Of a stretch of 64,000 bases of DNA, positions 54,530-62,637 are shown in pieces. The notes beneath the pieces were generated by a model. That model was given only the letters and a program-made list of their open reading frames with translations. It was not told the origin of the DNA and ran no database searches. The stretch is from an uncultured Eubacteriales bacterium (GTDB taxonomy: Bacteria > Bacillota > Clostridia > Christensenellales > CAG-917), in assembly GCA_900548005.1 (NCBI GenBank), contig URIZ01000001.1, positions 214,309 to 278,308 of the forward strand, given 5' to 3'. Every line of letters starts with the position of its first letter. Positions within the stretch are counted from its first letter, which is position 1. Both the position numbers and the translations under genes were made by a program.

Positions 54530-56341
54530 TTAGTGTTCAAATTGGGAGTTGTATAGGTTGGCGTAGAATCCGCCTTGGGCGAGTAGGGCGTCGTGTGTGC
54601 CTTTTTCGATGACGTTGCCCTTGTTCATGACAAGTATCAGGTCGGCATTCTTGATTGTGGACAGGCGGTGAGCAACGATGAATGACGTTTTGTTTTTCAT
54701 CAGCACTTCAAAGGCTTGTTGGATTTTCAGCTCCGTGCGAGTGTCGATCGAAGACGTTGCCTCGTCCAAAATGAGCATGGGCGGATGCGTGAGCATAACG
54801 CGCGCTATGCAGAGAAGTTGTTTTTGACCTTGGGATATATTGCCGCCGTCATCGCCGAGCACGGTGTCATAGCCGTTTTCAAGGCGGGTGATGAAGGAGT
54901 GAATATGCGCGGCTTTTGCGGCTTGGATGACTTCTTCATCGGTTGCGTCGGGTTTGCCGTATGCGATGTTTTCACGCACCGTGCCTTTTTTGAGCCAAGT
55001 GTCTTGCAACACCATTCCGTAGCTTGCGCGGAGCGATTTTCTCGTGACTTTGGTTATGTCCTTGCCTTCCACTTCGATTTTGCCGCTGTCGGCGTCGTAG
55101 AACCGCATGAGCAGATTGATGAGCGTTGTTTTGCCGCAGCCTGTCGGGCCGACTATCGCGATGCGCTGACCGCTCTTGACTTTGAGCGAGAAACCTTGTA
55201 TGAGCGGATTGGTCTTGACGTAGGAGAAATACACGTCGTCAATGGAGATGTTGCCGTCAACGTCCGTGAGATCTTCAAAGCCTTCGTCCGATGATTGATC
55301 GGGAGATTCGAGCAGATCGAACACTCTTGTTGCGGCGGCAGTTGCGGTTTGCAGTTCGGTAACAACGCCGGTGATCTCGTTGAAAGGCTTGGTGTATTGC
55401 GTGGCGTATGAAAGCACGCACGAGAGTGCGCCCACGGTGAGAGTGCCCACTCCTGCCACGGCGTTGCCTTTTATCACAAGGAACGCCCCGAGCACGCACA
55501 CCACAACGTACACCACGTTGTTGACAAAACGTGTGCAAGGGTTGGTCATGGCAGAGAAGAAAGCGGCGTTCTGTCCCCATTTTTTCAAGTCTTGGTTGAT
55601 GCCGGCAAAGCGATCTTCGGCGCGTTTTTCGTATCCGAAAAGTTTGACGACGCGCTGACTTGACAGCATTTCGGTGACAAGTCCCGACAGTTCGCCGCGC
55701 TTTTTTGCTTGCATGGCAAACATATTGTGGCAACCTTTTGCGATGAAGTATGCCACAAACAGCGACAGGGGAGTGAGAATCACCACCACAAGCGCGATAA
55801 GCCAGTTGTACCACACCATAAACGCGAGCGTGCCGACAATGGTGACTATTCCGCTGAACAGTTGCGAAAAACCTTGGATAAGTCCGTCCGAGATTTGATC
55901 TATGTCGTTGCCCACTCTCGACATAAGGTCGCCGTGGGAGTTGGAGTCGATATAGGAAAGCGGCACGGTGTTGAGCTTTGCATAAGCGTTTCTGCGAAGG
56001 TCGCGAATGACTCTGAAAGACGCAAAATTTATGCACAGAGAGCCGAGATATTGGGATATAAACACCATTGCGATAAGAGCCGCGAGTATGCCTGCATTCT
56101 TGGCAATGACGCCGAAATCCACGTTGTTTTGACCAATGATGTAGTCCACCGTGTTGCCTATCACAACGGGAGCAAAGAGCGTGCATACGATTTGTATCAC
56201 GGACAGCAACAGTGCAAGCACGATGACGGGGACGTATGGTTTTGCATAGCGCAAAAGTTTTTTGATTGCGACAAAATCCGTCTTTTTGTTCTTTCTTTGT
56301 TTCTTGTCGTTTACGAGTTTGGTTTGGGTGACTTTGCTCAT
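54530..56341 (-). CDS. ABC exporter, fused permease/ATPase (heterodimer partner B)
   Basis: Six-TM domain, Walker A GPTGCGKTT and signature ISQGQKQLL. The ATG at 56341 overlaps the upstream stop (ATGA), and the track start at 56467 lies inside the upstream gene. Confidence 0.85.
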   Translation of the reverse strand: MSKVTQTKLVNDKKQRKNKKTDFVAIKKLLRYAKPYVPVIVLALLLSVIQIVCTLFAPVVIGNTVDYIIGQNNVDFGVIAKNAGILAALIAMVFISQYLGSLCINFASFRVIRDLRRNAYAKLNTVPLSYIDSNSHGDLMSRVGNDIDQISDGLIQGFSQLFSGIVTIVGTLAFMVWYNWLIALVVVILTPLSLFVAYFIAKGCHNMFAMQAKKRGELSGLVTEMLSSQRVVKLFGYEKRAEDRFAGINQDLKKWGQNAAFFSAMTNPCTRFVNNVVYVVVCVLGAFLVIKGNAVAGVGTLTVGALSCVLSYATQYTKPFNEITGVVTELQTATAAATRVFDLLESPDQSSDEGFEDLTDVDGNISIDDVYFSYVKTNPLIQGFSLKVKSGQRIAIVGPTGCGKTTLINLLMRFYDADSGKIEVEGKDITKVTRKSLRASYGMVLQDTWLKKGTVRENIAYGKPDATDEEVIQAAKAAHIHSFITRLENGYDTVLGDDGGNISQGQKQLLCIARVMLTHPPMLILDEATSSIDTRTELKIQQAFEVLMKNKTSFIVAHRLSTIKNADLILVMNKGNVIEKGTHDALLAQGGFYANLYNSQFEH

Positions 56342-58077
56342 TTTGTTTCGTCCCCCTTCACTTGAGATAGGCATATTTCGCGGTATACGTCGCAAGATTT
56401 GATAAGTTCGTCGTGCGTGCCTTGTCCGACGATTTTTCCGTCGTCGAGCACGATGATAAGATCGCAATATTTTATGCTCGTGGCTCGTTGAGATACGGTG
56501 ACGGTGGTCAGACCGTCTTCAAGGCGCATGCTTGCAAGAGCCTTTCTCAGTTTTGCATCGGTTGCAAAGTCGAGTGCGCTCGAAGAGTCGTCAAGCACGA
56601 GAATATCGGGGCATGCGACAAGCGCGCGAGCGATGGTGAGCCTTTGACGTTGACCGCCCGAAAGGTTCTTTCCGCCTTGGCTTATCTTGGTGTCAAGCCC
56701 GTCTTTCATAGAATATACGAATTCCGCCGATTGCGAGATTTTCAGCGCGCGGTCTATCTCCTCGTCCGTTGCGTTTTCCTTGCCCCATTTGAGATTGTCG
56801 CGCACCGTCCCTTCAAACAGCACGGCTTTTTGCGGAGCGACTCCGAAGAGAGAGTAGAGTTGCGAGTTTGTGTAGTTTTTTACGTTTTCGCCAAACACTT
56901 TCACTTCGCCGCTTGTTGCGTCATACAGCCTTGTCATAAGGCTCACGAGCGTGGTTTTGCCACTGCCCGTGCCGCCGAGTATGCCCACGCTTGCGCCTTT
57001 TTCGACGATTATGTTCACGTTTGAAAGAGCAGGTTCGGGAGATCCTTGATAGGTGAAAGTGACGTTGTCAAGCTCGATTGCAGGTGCTTGCGGATCGGCG
57101 ATTGCTCCGCTACCTTCTTGCATGGAAGACGTGACGGCAAACACTTCGTTGATTCTGGACGCCGATGCGGACGCTTTTGTGAAGGTCACAAGCAAGTTGG
57201 CAAACACAACGAGCGCGTTGAGTATCTGCGTCATATAGTTGACAAGCGCAATTATTTCGCCTTGCGTGAGATTGCCGTAATACACGTTCTTTCCGCCAAA
57301 GTACAAAAGCACGATGATTGCGATGTTAAGCACTGAGTAGGTGAGGGGGTTGAGAAGAGCGGACAAACGTCCCACTTTTATTGACGAGGCGGCAAGAGAA
57401 TCGCTTGCTTTGTCAAAGATTTGTTTTTCTCTGTCCTGGGCGTCAAATGCGCGTATAACCCTTGCGCCTGCGAGATTTTCTTTGGTGAGTCTTGTCACGT
57501 CGTCGAGTTTTGCTTGCACGCCCTTGTATTTGGGCATTGTCAGCAACATAATAAGCGCAAGCGCGGCGGCTATTACGAGAGCCGCACCGACAAATATTAG
57601 CGAGAGTTTCAAGTCTATGATCATTGCCATGACGATTGCGCCCACGGCAATAAAGGGCGCGCGCAAAACAAGACGTATGAACATCGCAACGCCTTGTTGG
57701 CATTGGTTGACGTCCGCCGTAAGCCTTGTTATGAGCGAAGTGGTGGAAAACTTGTCAAGTTCGGAATAGGAAAACGTGTTGATGTGCGCATACAAATCCT
57801 TGCGAAGATTCGTGCCGAATCCCACAGACGCGCGCGATGCGAAAAACTGCGCCGTCAATGAGAACGCAAGCCCGAACACTCCGAGTGCGAGAATTATCAA
57901 TCCGCCGTAAATAAGCCCCTTGAAATCGCCCGCCTTGCCCATGGGGATGGCATTGTCGATGATCCAAGCAACAACTATGGGCGCGAACAGCTCAAACACC
58001 GCCTCGATGAGCTTGAAGAAAGGGCCGCAAACGGTTTTGCCCCAATAACCTTGTAGATAACGTAAAAGTTTGGTCAT
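56338..58077 (-). CDS. ABC exporter, fused permease/ATPase (heterodimer partner A)
   Basis: Six-TM domain, Walker A GGTGSGKTT and signature LSGGQRQRL. Confidence 0.85.
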   Translation of the reverse strand: MTKLLRYLQGYWGKTVCGPFFKLIEAVFELFAPIVVAWIIDNAIPMGKAGDFKGLIYGGLIILALGVFGLAFSLTAQFFASRASVGFGTNLRKDLYAHINTFSYSELDKFSTTSLITRLTADVNQCQQGVAMFIRLVLRAPFIAVGAIVMAMIIDLKLSLIFVGAALVIAAALALIMLLTMPKYKGVQAKLDDVTRLTKENLAGARVIRAFDAQDREKQIFDKASDSLAASSIKVGRLSALLNPLTYSVLNIAIIVLLYFGGKNVYYGNLTQGEIIALVNYMTQILNALVVFANLLVTFTKASASASRINEVFAVTSSMQEGSGAIADPQAPAIELDNVTFTYQGSPEPALSNVNIIVEKGASVGILGGTGSGKTTLVSLMTRLYDATSGEVKVFGENVKNYTNSQLYSLFGVAPQKAVLFEGTVRDNLKWGKENATDEEIDRALKISQSAEFVYSMKDGLDTKISQGGKNLSGGQRQRLTIARALVACPDILVLDDSSSALDFATDAKLRKALASMRLEDGLTTVTVSQRATSIKYCDLIIVLDDGKIVGQGTHDELIKSCDVYREICLSQVKGDETK

Positions 58078-58157
58078 ATTATCCTGTTTATTTGCCGATA
58101 TAGTTGCCTAAATTTTAGCACAACACACCGCAAAAGGCAAAGATAATGAACAAATAT

Positions 58158-58278
58158 CAATTAATAATTAACAATTAATAATGAATAATTGTGGCACGGG
58201 CGCAGAAAAGTTTGTCGTTTCGTTTCCACGAGATCCTTCGACAAGCTCAGGATGACAAAGTTTTTGAGATGCGCCCGT
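58158..58278. repeat. composite element: family-2 AT-rich run, an outer stem ACGGGCGCA/TGCGCCCGT, and a family-3 module inside
   Basis: CAATTAATAATTAACAATTAATAATGAATAATTG precedes a stem at 58196-58204 / 58270-58278. The stem encloses GTTTGTCGTTTCGTTTCCACGAGATCCTTCGACAAGCTCAGGATGAC. Confidence 0.7.
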
Positions 58279-58473
58279 AACGAACACCCTATTCGTAGAG
58301 CACTTATAAACGGACTGTGCGACTTCGAAGACGGAATTTGAGCCGCAAGGCGGCGACCGTATCGAGCGTCGGACTTGACGTAAAGTACGAGAATGTGTGG
58401 CGTTCTGTTGCGTAGCTGCCACACAGGCGAAGTGGCATAATAAGAGAAATGGCGTAAGTTATGTCTCGACCGA

Positions 58474-58540
58474 GTGTTTTCCCCCGCTACGCGGTTGCCG
58501 TGGGTTCCCTTGCAAGGGGGAACGGCAATAGGGAAAACAC
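58474..58540. repeat. 67-nt extended hairpin
   Basis: GTGTTTTCCC pairs perfectly with GGGAAAACAC and TTGCCG with CGGCAA. The inner stem is GTTCCCTT/AAGGGGGAAC. Confidence 0.7.
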
Positions 58541-58804
58541 CTGAGGAAAGGGGAAAGTTGCATTTAGGGTTTAACACGTACAACCTTGTAGAGCCGTGCA
58601 CTTATAAAAAACCTATACACGCACTGTGCTTGTGCAAGGGACACTTATATTTGCATTTGCATATACATTTTCCTATGTTCTAAACACGCAAAAACAAAGA
58701 AATCGTACATTAGCACAATAATTATCGTTTTCGGCATTGACTTTTTTGTTTAATAATATTATAATTTTGTCAAGAGAATAAAATGTATATGGAGAAAGCC
58801 ACAA

Positions 58805-59338
58805 ATGAGTATTTGGCACGACGTTGACCCGTCAAGAATCACGCCCACGGACTTTTTGGCGTGTATCGAAATTTCAAAAGGAAGCAAAAATAAATACGAA
58901 CTCGACAAAGCAACGGGTTCTTTGATATTGGACAGAGTTTTGTACACGTCCACTCACTATCCTGCAAACTACGGATTTATTCCGCGCACGTACAGCGAAG
59001 ACAACGACCCGTTGGACGTTCTTGTTCTTTGCTCTGAGCCGATCGTTCCGCTCGCACTTGTCAGATGTTATCCCGTCGGCGTCATCATGATGCAAGACAG
59101 CGGCGAGATGGACTACAAGATCATCGCAATTCCGTTCAAAGATCCGACTTGGAACAGCTACAAGGAGATTGAAGAACTTCCTGCTCACATCATGGAAGAG
59201 ATGTCGCACTTCTTCAAAGTGTACAAGCAGCTCGAAGGCAAGCAAACCACCGTCTTCCAAGTGAAGAACAGAGAGTTTGCAGAGCTTATCATCAAAGACA
59301 ACCTTGAAGCCTACAAGAAGAAATTCAACGTAAAGTAA
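58805..59338 (+). CDS. ppa: inorganic diphosphatase (family I)
   Basis: 177 aa with the motifs KYELDK, YPANYGFIP and DNDPLDVLV. Confidence 0.92.
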   Translation: MSIWHDVDPSRITPTDFLACIEISKGSKNKYELDKATGSLILDRVLYTSTHYPANYGFIPRTYSEDNDPLDVLVLCSEPIVPLALVRCYPVGVIMMQDSGEMDYKIIAIPFKDPTWNSYKEIEELPAHIMEEMSHFFKVYKQLEGKQTTVFQVKNREFAELIIKDNLEAYKKKFNVK

Positions 59339-59439
59339 GTTTCAAGACAACAACAGAATAACAAGTTTTGTTCGGGTTGACATTGTCAACCCGAATTGCG
59401 TTTATAGGGCATCAGCCCAAAAACGAAACAGGAGATAAA

Positions 59440-60873
59440 ATGAAATACGATTGCATTGTCATCGGTGGCGGCATAATCGGCGCGGCGGTGCTTGACAGGC
59501 TTGCAAGATACGACCTTGACGTCCTTCTGCTTGAAAAGGAAGACGACGTTGCGTCCTTCTCGACAAGAGCCAACAGCGGCATCGTCCACGCAGGTTACGA
59601 CTGCGAACCGAACACTCAAAAGGCGTTGTTCAACGTTGAAGGCAACAAACTCGTGTGGCAAGACGCAAAAGAGCTTGACGTTCCGCATCATCAATGCGGT
59701 TCTATCGTGGTTGCCACAAAAGACCAAGTGCAAGGTCTTGAAATTCTCAAAGAGAAAGCCGAGGCAAACGGCGTGTACGTTGAGATTTGGGACAAGCAAA
59801 AGACTCGCGAGCTCGAACCCAACGTTGCAGACGAGATTGCATTCAGCCTTTATGCCCCAAGCGCAGGCATCGTGTCGCCGTATCAGCTTTGCATAGCTTA
59901 TGCCGACAGAGCGGTGAGAAACGGCGCAACCGTCAAGTTGGAGCAAGAAGTTGTCGGGATTGAGAGAAAGGACGGCGTGTATATCGTCCACACCCAAGAC
60001 AGCGACTATGAGTGTGACTATATCGTCAACTGCGCAGGTGCGTACGGAGCAAAAGTCAACGATATGGCAGGCGCGGAGCATTTTGACACGACATATCGCA
60101 GGGGAGATTATTTTGTGCTTGACAACACGGAGAGAAAGAATATACACACCGTTATATTCCAACTTCCAACGGCGGCGGGCAAAGGCGTGCTTGTCGCGCC
60201 GACAGCGGACGGCAACGTCATATACGGACCGACAGCAATCGACACCACCGATCCCGACGATACTGCAAGCTCGCTTGACTCTCTCGACGTTTTGAGAAAG
60301 AGCGTTGCGCTTTCCTACAAGACTCCCGCATACAACAAGTGCATAAGAGTGTATTCGGGGCTTCGCACGATCATCGGACACGACTTCATCGTGGGCAAGT
60401 CAAAGCAAGCGGACAACTTCTATACGGCAATCGGCATTTGCTCTCCGGGGCTTACGTCCGCCCCTGCCATTGCGGAGTATCTCGTGAAAGAAATCACAAA
60501 AGAGATGGGCGCGACAAAGAAAGCCGAATATATCACCGTTGTCGAAAAACTGCCAAGACTTACGGAGATAAGCGCAAACGAAATCAATGCGCTCGTCAAG
60601 CAAGACGAGGCGTGGGGAAGAATCGTGTGCCGTTGCGAAAAGGTGACCGAGGCGGAGATTGTAAGAGCCATTCATTCCCCCGTGCCGGCAACCACCGTGG
60701 ACGCTGTAAAACGTCGCACGCGCGCAGGTATGGGCAGATGTCAAGGCGGATTCTGCGGTCCGAGAGTTATGGAGATCATTTCTCGTGAACTGAATATACC
60801 GCTTGACAAAGTCAGAAAGGGCGGCGGAGAAGACTCCAACATCGCCTGCTACAAGATCAAGGGGGTGCAATGA
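59440..60873 (+). CDS. FAD-dependent glycerol-3-phosphate dehydrogenase/oxidase-like protein with a BFD-like [2Fe-2S] domain
   Basis: Rossmann motif VIGGGIIGAA and a C-terminal Cys pattern CRCEKVTEAEI...CQGGFC. The ATG at 59440 follows GGAG. It is the first gene of the known three-gene cluster that ends with DUF1667. Confidence 0.8.
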   Translation: MKYDCIVIGGGIIGAAVLDRLARYDLDVLLLEKEDDVASFSTRANSGIVHAGYDCEPNTQKALFNVEGNKLVWQDAKELDVPHHQCGSIVVATKDQVQGLEILKEKAEANGVYVEIWDKQKTRELEPNVADEIAFSLYAPSAGIVSPYQLCIAYADRAVRNGATVKLEQEVVGIERKDGVYIVHTQDSDYECDYIVNCAGAYGAKVNDMAGAEHFDTTYRRGDYFVLDNTERKNIHTVIFQLPTAAGKGVLVAPTADGNVIYGPTAIDTTDPDDTASSLDSLDVLRKSVALSYKTPAYNKCIRVYSGLRTIIGHDFIVGKSKQADNFYTAIGICSPGLTSAPAIAEYLVKEITKEMGATKKAEYITVVEKLPRLTEISANEINALVKQDEAWGRIVCRCEKVTEAEIVRAIHSPVPATTVDAVKRRTRAGMGRCQGGFCGPRVMEIISRELNIPLDKVRKGGGEDSNIACYKIKGVQ

Positions 60874-62114
60874 TGAACACACTTTCTTATGACGTTGTGA
60901 TCATAGGCGGCGGCCCTGCAGGTATGGCGGCGGCTCTCGCGGCAAGAAAGCAAGGCGCAAAGACGCTCATTCTCGAGCGTGACGTGCGCTTGGGCGGTAT
61001 ACTCAATCAATGTATACACCAAGGTTTCGGCTTGCACTATTTCGGCGAAGAGATGACCGGGCCCGAATATGCCTATCGTTTCATAAAAATGGTGGAGAGC
61101 GAAGATATCGACGTTATGCTTGAAAGCATGGTTTTGTCACTTTCTGAAGACAAGACCGTCAACGTGCTTTCGCCAAGCCAAGGCTATTGCGAGATAAAGG
61201 CAGGCGCGATTGTGCTTGCAATGGGTTGCAGAGAACGCACTGCCGGAGCAATCGCTCTTCCGGGCACTCGTCCCGCCGGCGTATACACCGCAGGTATGGC
61301 GCAAAAGATTTGCAACCTTGACGGCTATCTCGTGGGCAAAGACGTCGTGATTTTGGGCAGCGGCGACATCGGTCTTATCATGGCTCGCCGTATGACCACA
61401 GAAGGCGCAAACGTAAAACTCGTTCTCGAACTTATGCCGTTTTCAAGCGGACTTAAACGCAACATCGTGCAATGCCTCGATGACTACAACATTCCCATCA
61501 AATATAGCCACACAATCACGAGAGTGGTGGGCAAGCCGCGTATGACGGGGCTTTACTATGCGCCTGTCGGAGCGGATAGAAAGCCCGATTTGTCCAAGGA
61601 AGAATACATCTCTTGCGACACGCTTTTGCTCTCTGTCGGTCTGATTCCGGAAAACGACTTGCTCACAGGCACGAGCGTTGAGATGAGCAAAGTCACCAAC
61701 GGTGCGGTGGTTGACGAACATCGTATGACAAGCGTGGACGGAATATTCTCATGCGGCAACGTTCTTCACGTGCATGACCTTGTGGACAACGTGTCGCACG
61801 AAGCGGAAATCGCAGGCGAGAGCGCGGCAAAATATGCGCTCGGTCAATCTCAAAAGAGCAGTGAAACCGTCAACGTCATCGCAACGGACGGCGTGAGATA
61901 CGCTCTGCCGCAACGCATAAGCAAGGGAGATGGAAAAGTGCAAATCTTCTTCCGCGTGGGTGACGTGTACAAGAATTGCAAGCTGGTTGTCACAAGCGGC
62001 GACAACACTCTCGTGTCCAAGAAATGTATGGTGCTTGCCCCCGGCGAAATGGGCAACGTCGTCATTGACAAATCCGCAATTGTCGGTGACGTCACTGTGA
62101 GGCTTGAAAAATGA
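60870..62114 (+). CDS. NAD(P)/FAD-dependent pyridine nucleotide-disulfide oxidoreductase
   Basis: VIIGGGPAGMAAA and a second dinucleotide motif VILGSGDIGL. Its start overlaps the upstream stop. Confidence 0.8.
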   Translation: MMNTLSYDVVIIGGGPAGMAAALAARKQGAKTLILERDVRLGGILNQCIHQGFGLHYFGEEMTGPEYAYRFIKMVESEDIDVMLESMVLSLSEDKTVNVLSPSQGYCEIKAGAIVLAMGCRERTAGAIALPGTRPAGVYTAGMAQKICNLDGYLVGKDVVILGSGDIGLIMARRMTTEGANVKLVLELMPFSSGLKRNIVQCLDDYNIPIKYSHTITRVVGKPRMTGLYYAPVGADRKPDLSKEEYISCDTLLLSVGLIPENDLLTGTSVEMSKVTNGAVVDEHRMTSVDGIFSCGNVLHVHDLVDNVSHEAEIAGESAAKYALGQSQKSSETVNVIATDGVRYALPQRISKGDGKVQIFFRVGDVYKNCKLVVTSGDNTLVSKKCMVLAPGEMGNVVIDKSAIVGDVTVRLEK

Positions 62115-62449
62115 ATACGATATGCATTATGTGCCCTATGGGCTGTTCGTTGACAATAGAAGAGATTGACGGTCAAGTGGTTGTGAAAGGCAACACTTGC
62201 AAGCGTGGCGAGATATACGGAAAGGAAGAGTACACTCATCCCAAGCGCAGCGTCACCACTCTTGTGCAACTTGAGGGCGGTGGAGTCGCGTCTGTGAAAA
62301 CCACCACGACCGTTCCGAAAGAGAGAATATTTGACGTGGTGCATTTCATCGGCACGCTTGTCGCGCCAAAGGATTGCAAGATAGGCGACGTCATCGCAAA
62401 AGACGTTTTGGGGCTTGGCGCAGACGTTGTCATCACGGGAAGAAAATGA
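62111..62449 (+). CDS. DUF1667-domain protein
   Basis: 112 aa with an N-terminal CIMCPMGC...GNTCKRG Cys cluster, the usual third gene of this cluster. Confidence 0.75.
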   Translation: MNTICIMCPMGCSLTIEEIDGQVVVKGNTCKRGEIYGKEEYTHPKRSVTTLVQLEGGGVASVKTTTTVPKERIFDVVHFIGTLVAPKDCKIGDVIAKDVLGLGADVVITGRK

Positions 62450-62456
62450 TTGTATT

Positions 62457-62497
62457 CGGGTTTTATCCGTCAAAATTGTCGGATAAAACCCGTTTTT
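62457..62497 (+). terminator. rho-independent terminator
   Basis: 13-bp perfect stem CGGGTTTTATCCG / CGGATAAAACCCG followed by TTTTT. Confidence 0.85.
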
Positions 62498-62637
62498 GCA
62501 TATTGTCGGCAAAAAGCCGCAAAATCACGACTTGCCGACAGTAGAAAACATAAAACGAAAACAGCAACAAAACAAAACGACAAAAACAAGCAAAAAACAA
62601 AGGACAAATTGCTTGCGCTTTGCGCTTGCATGAAAGT

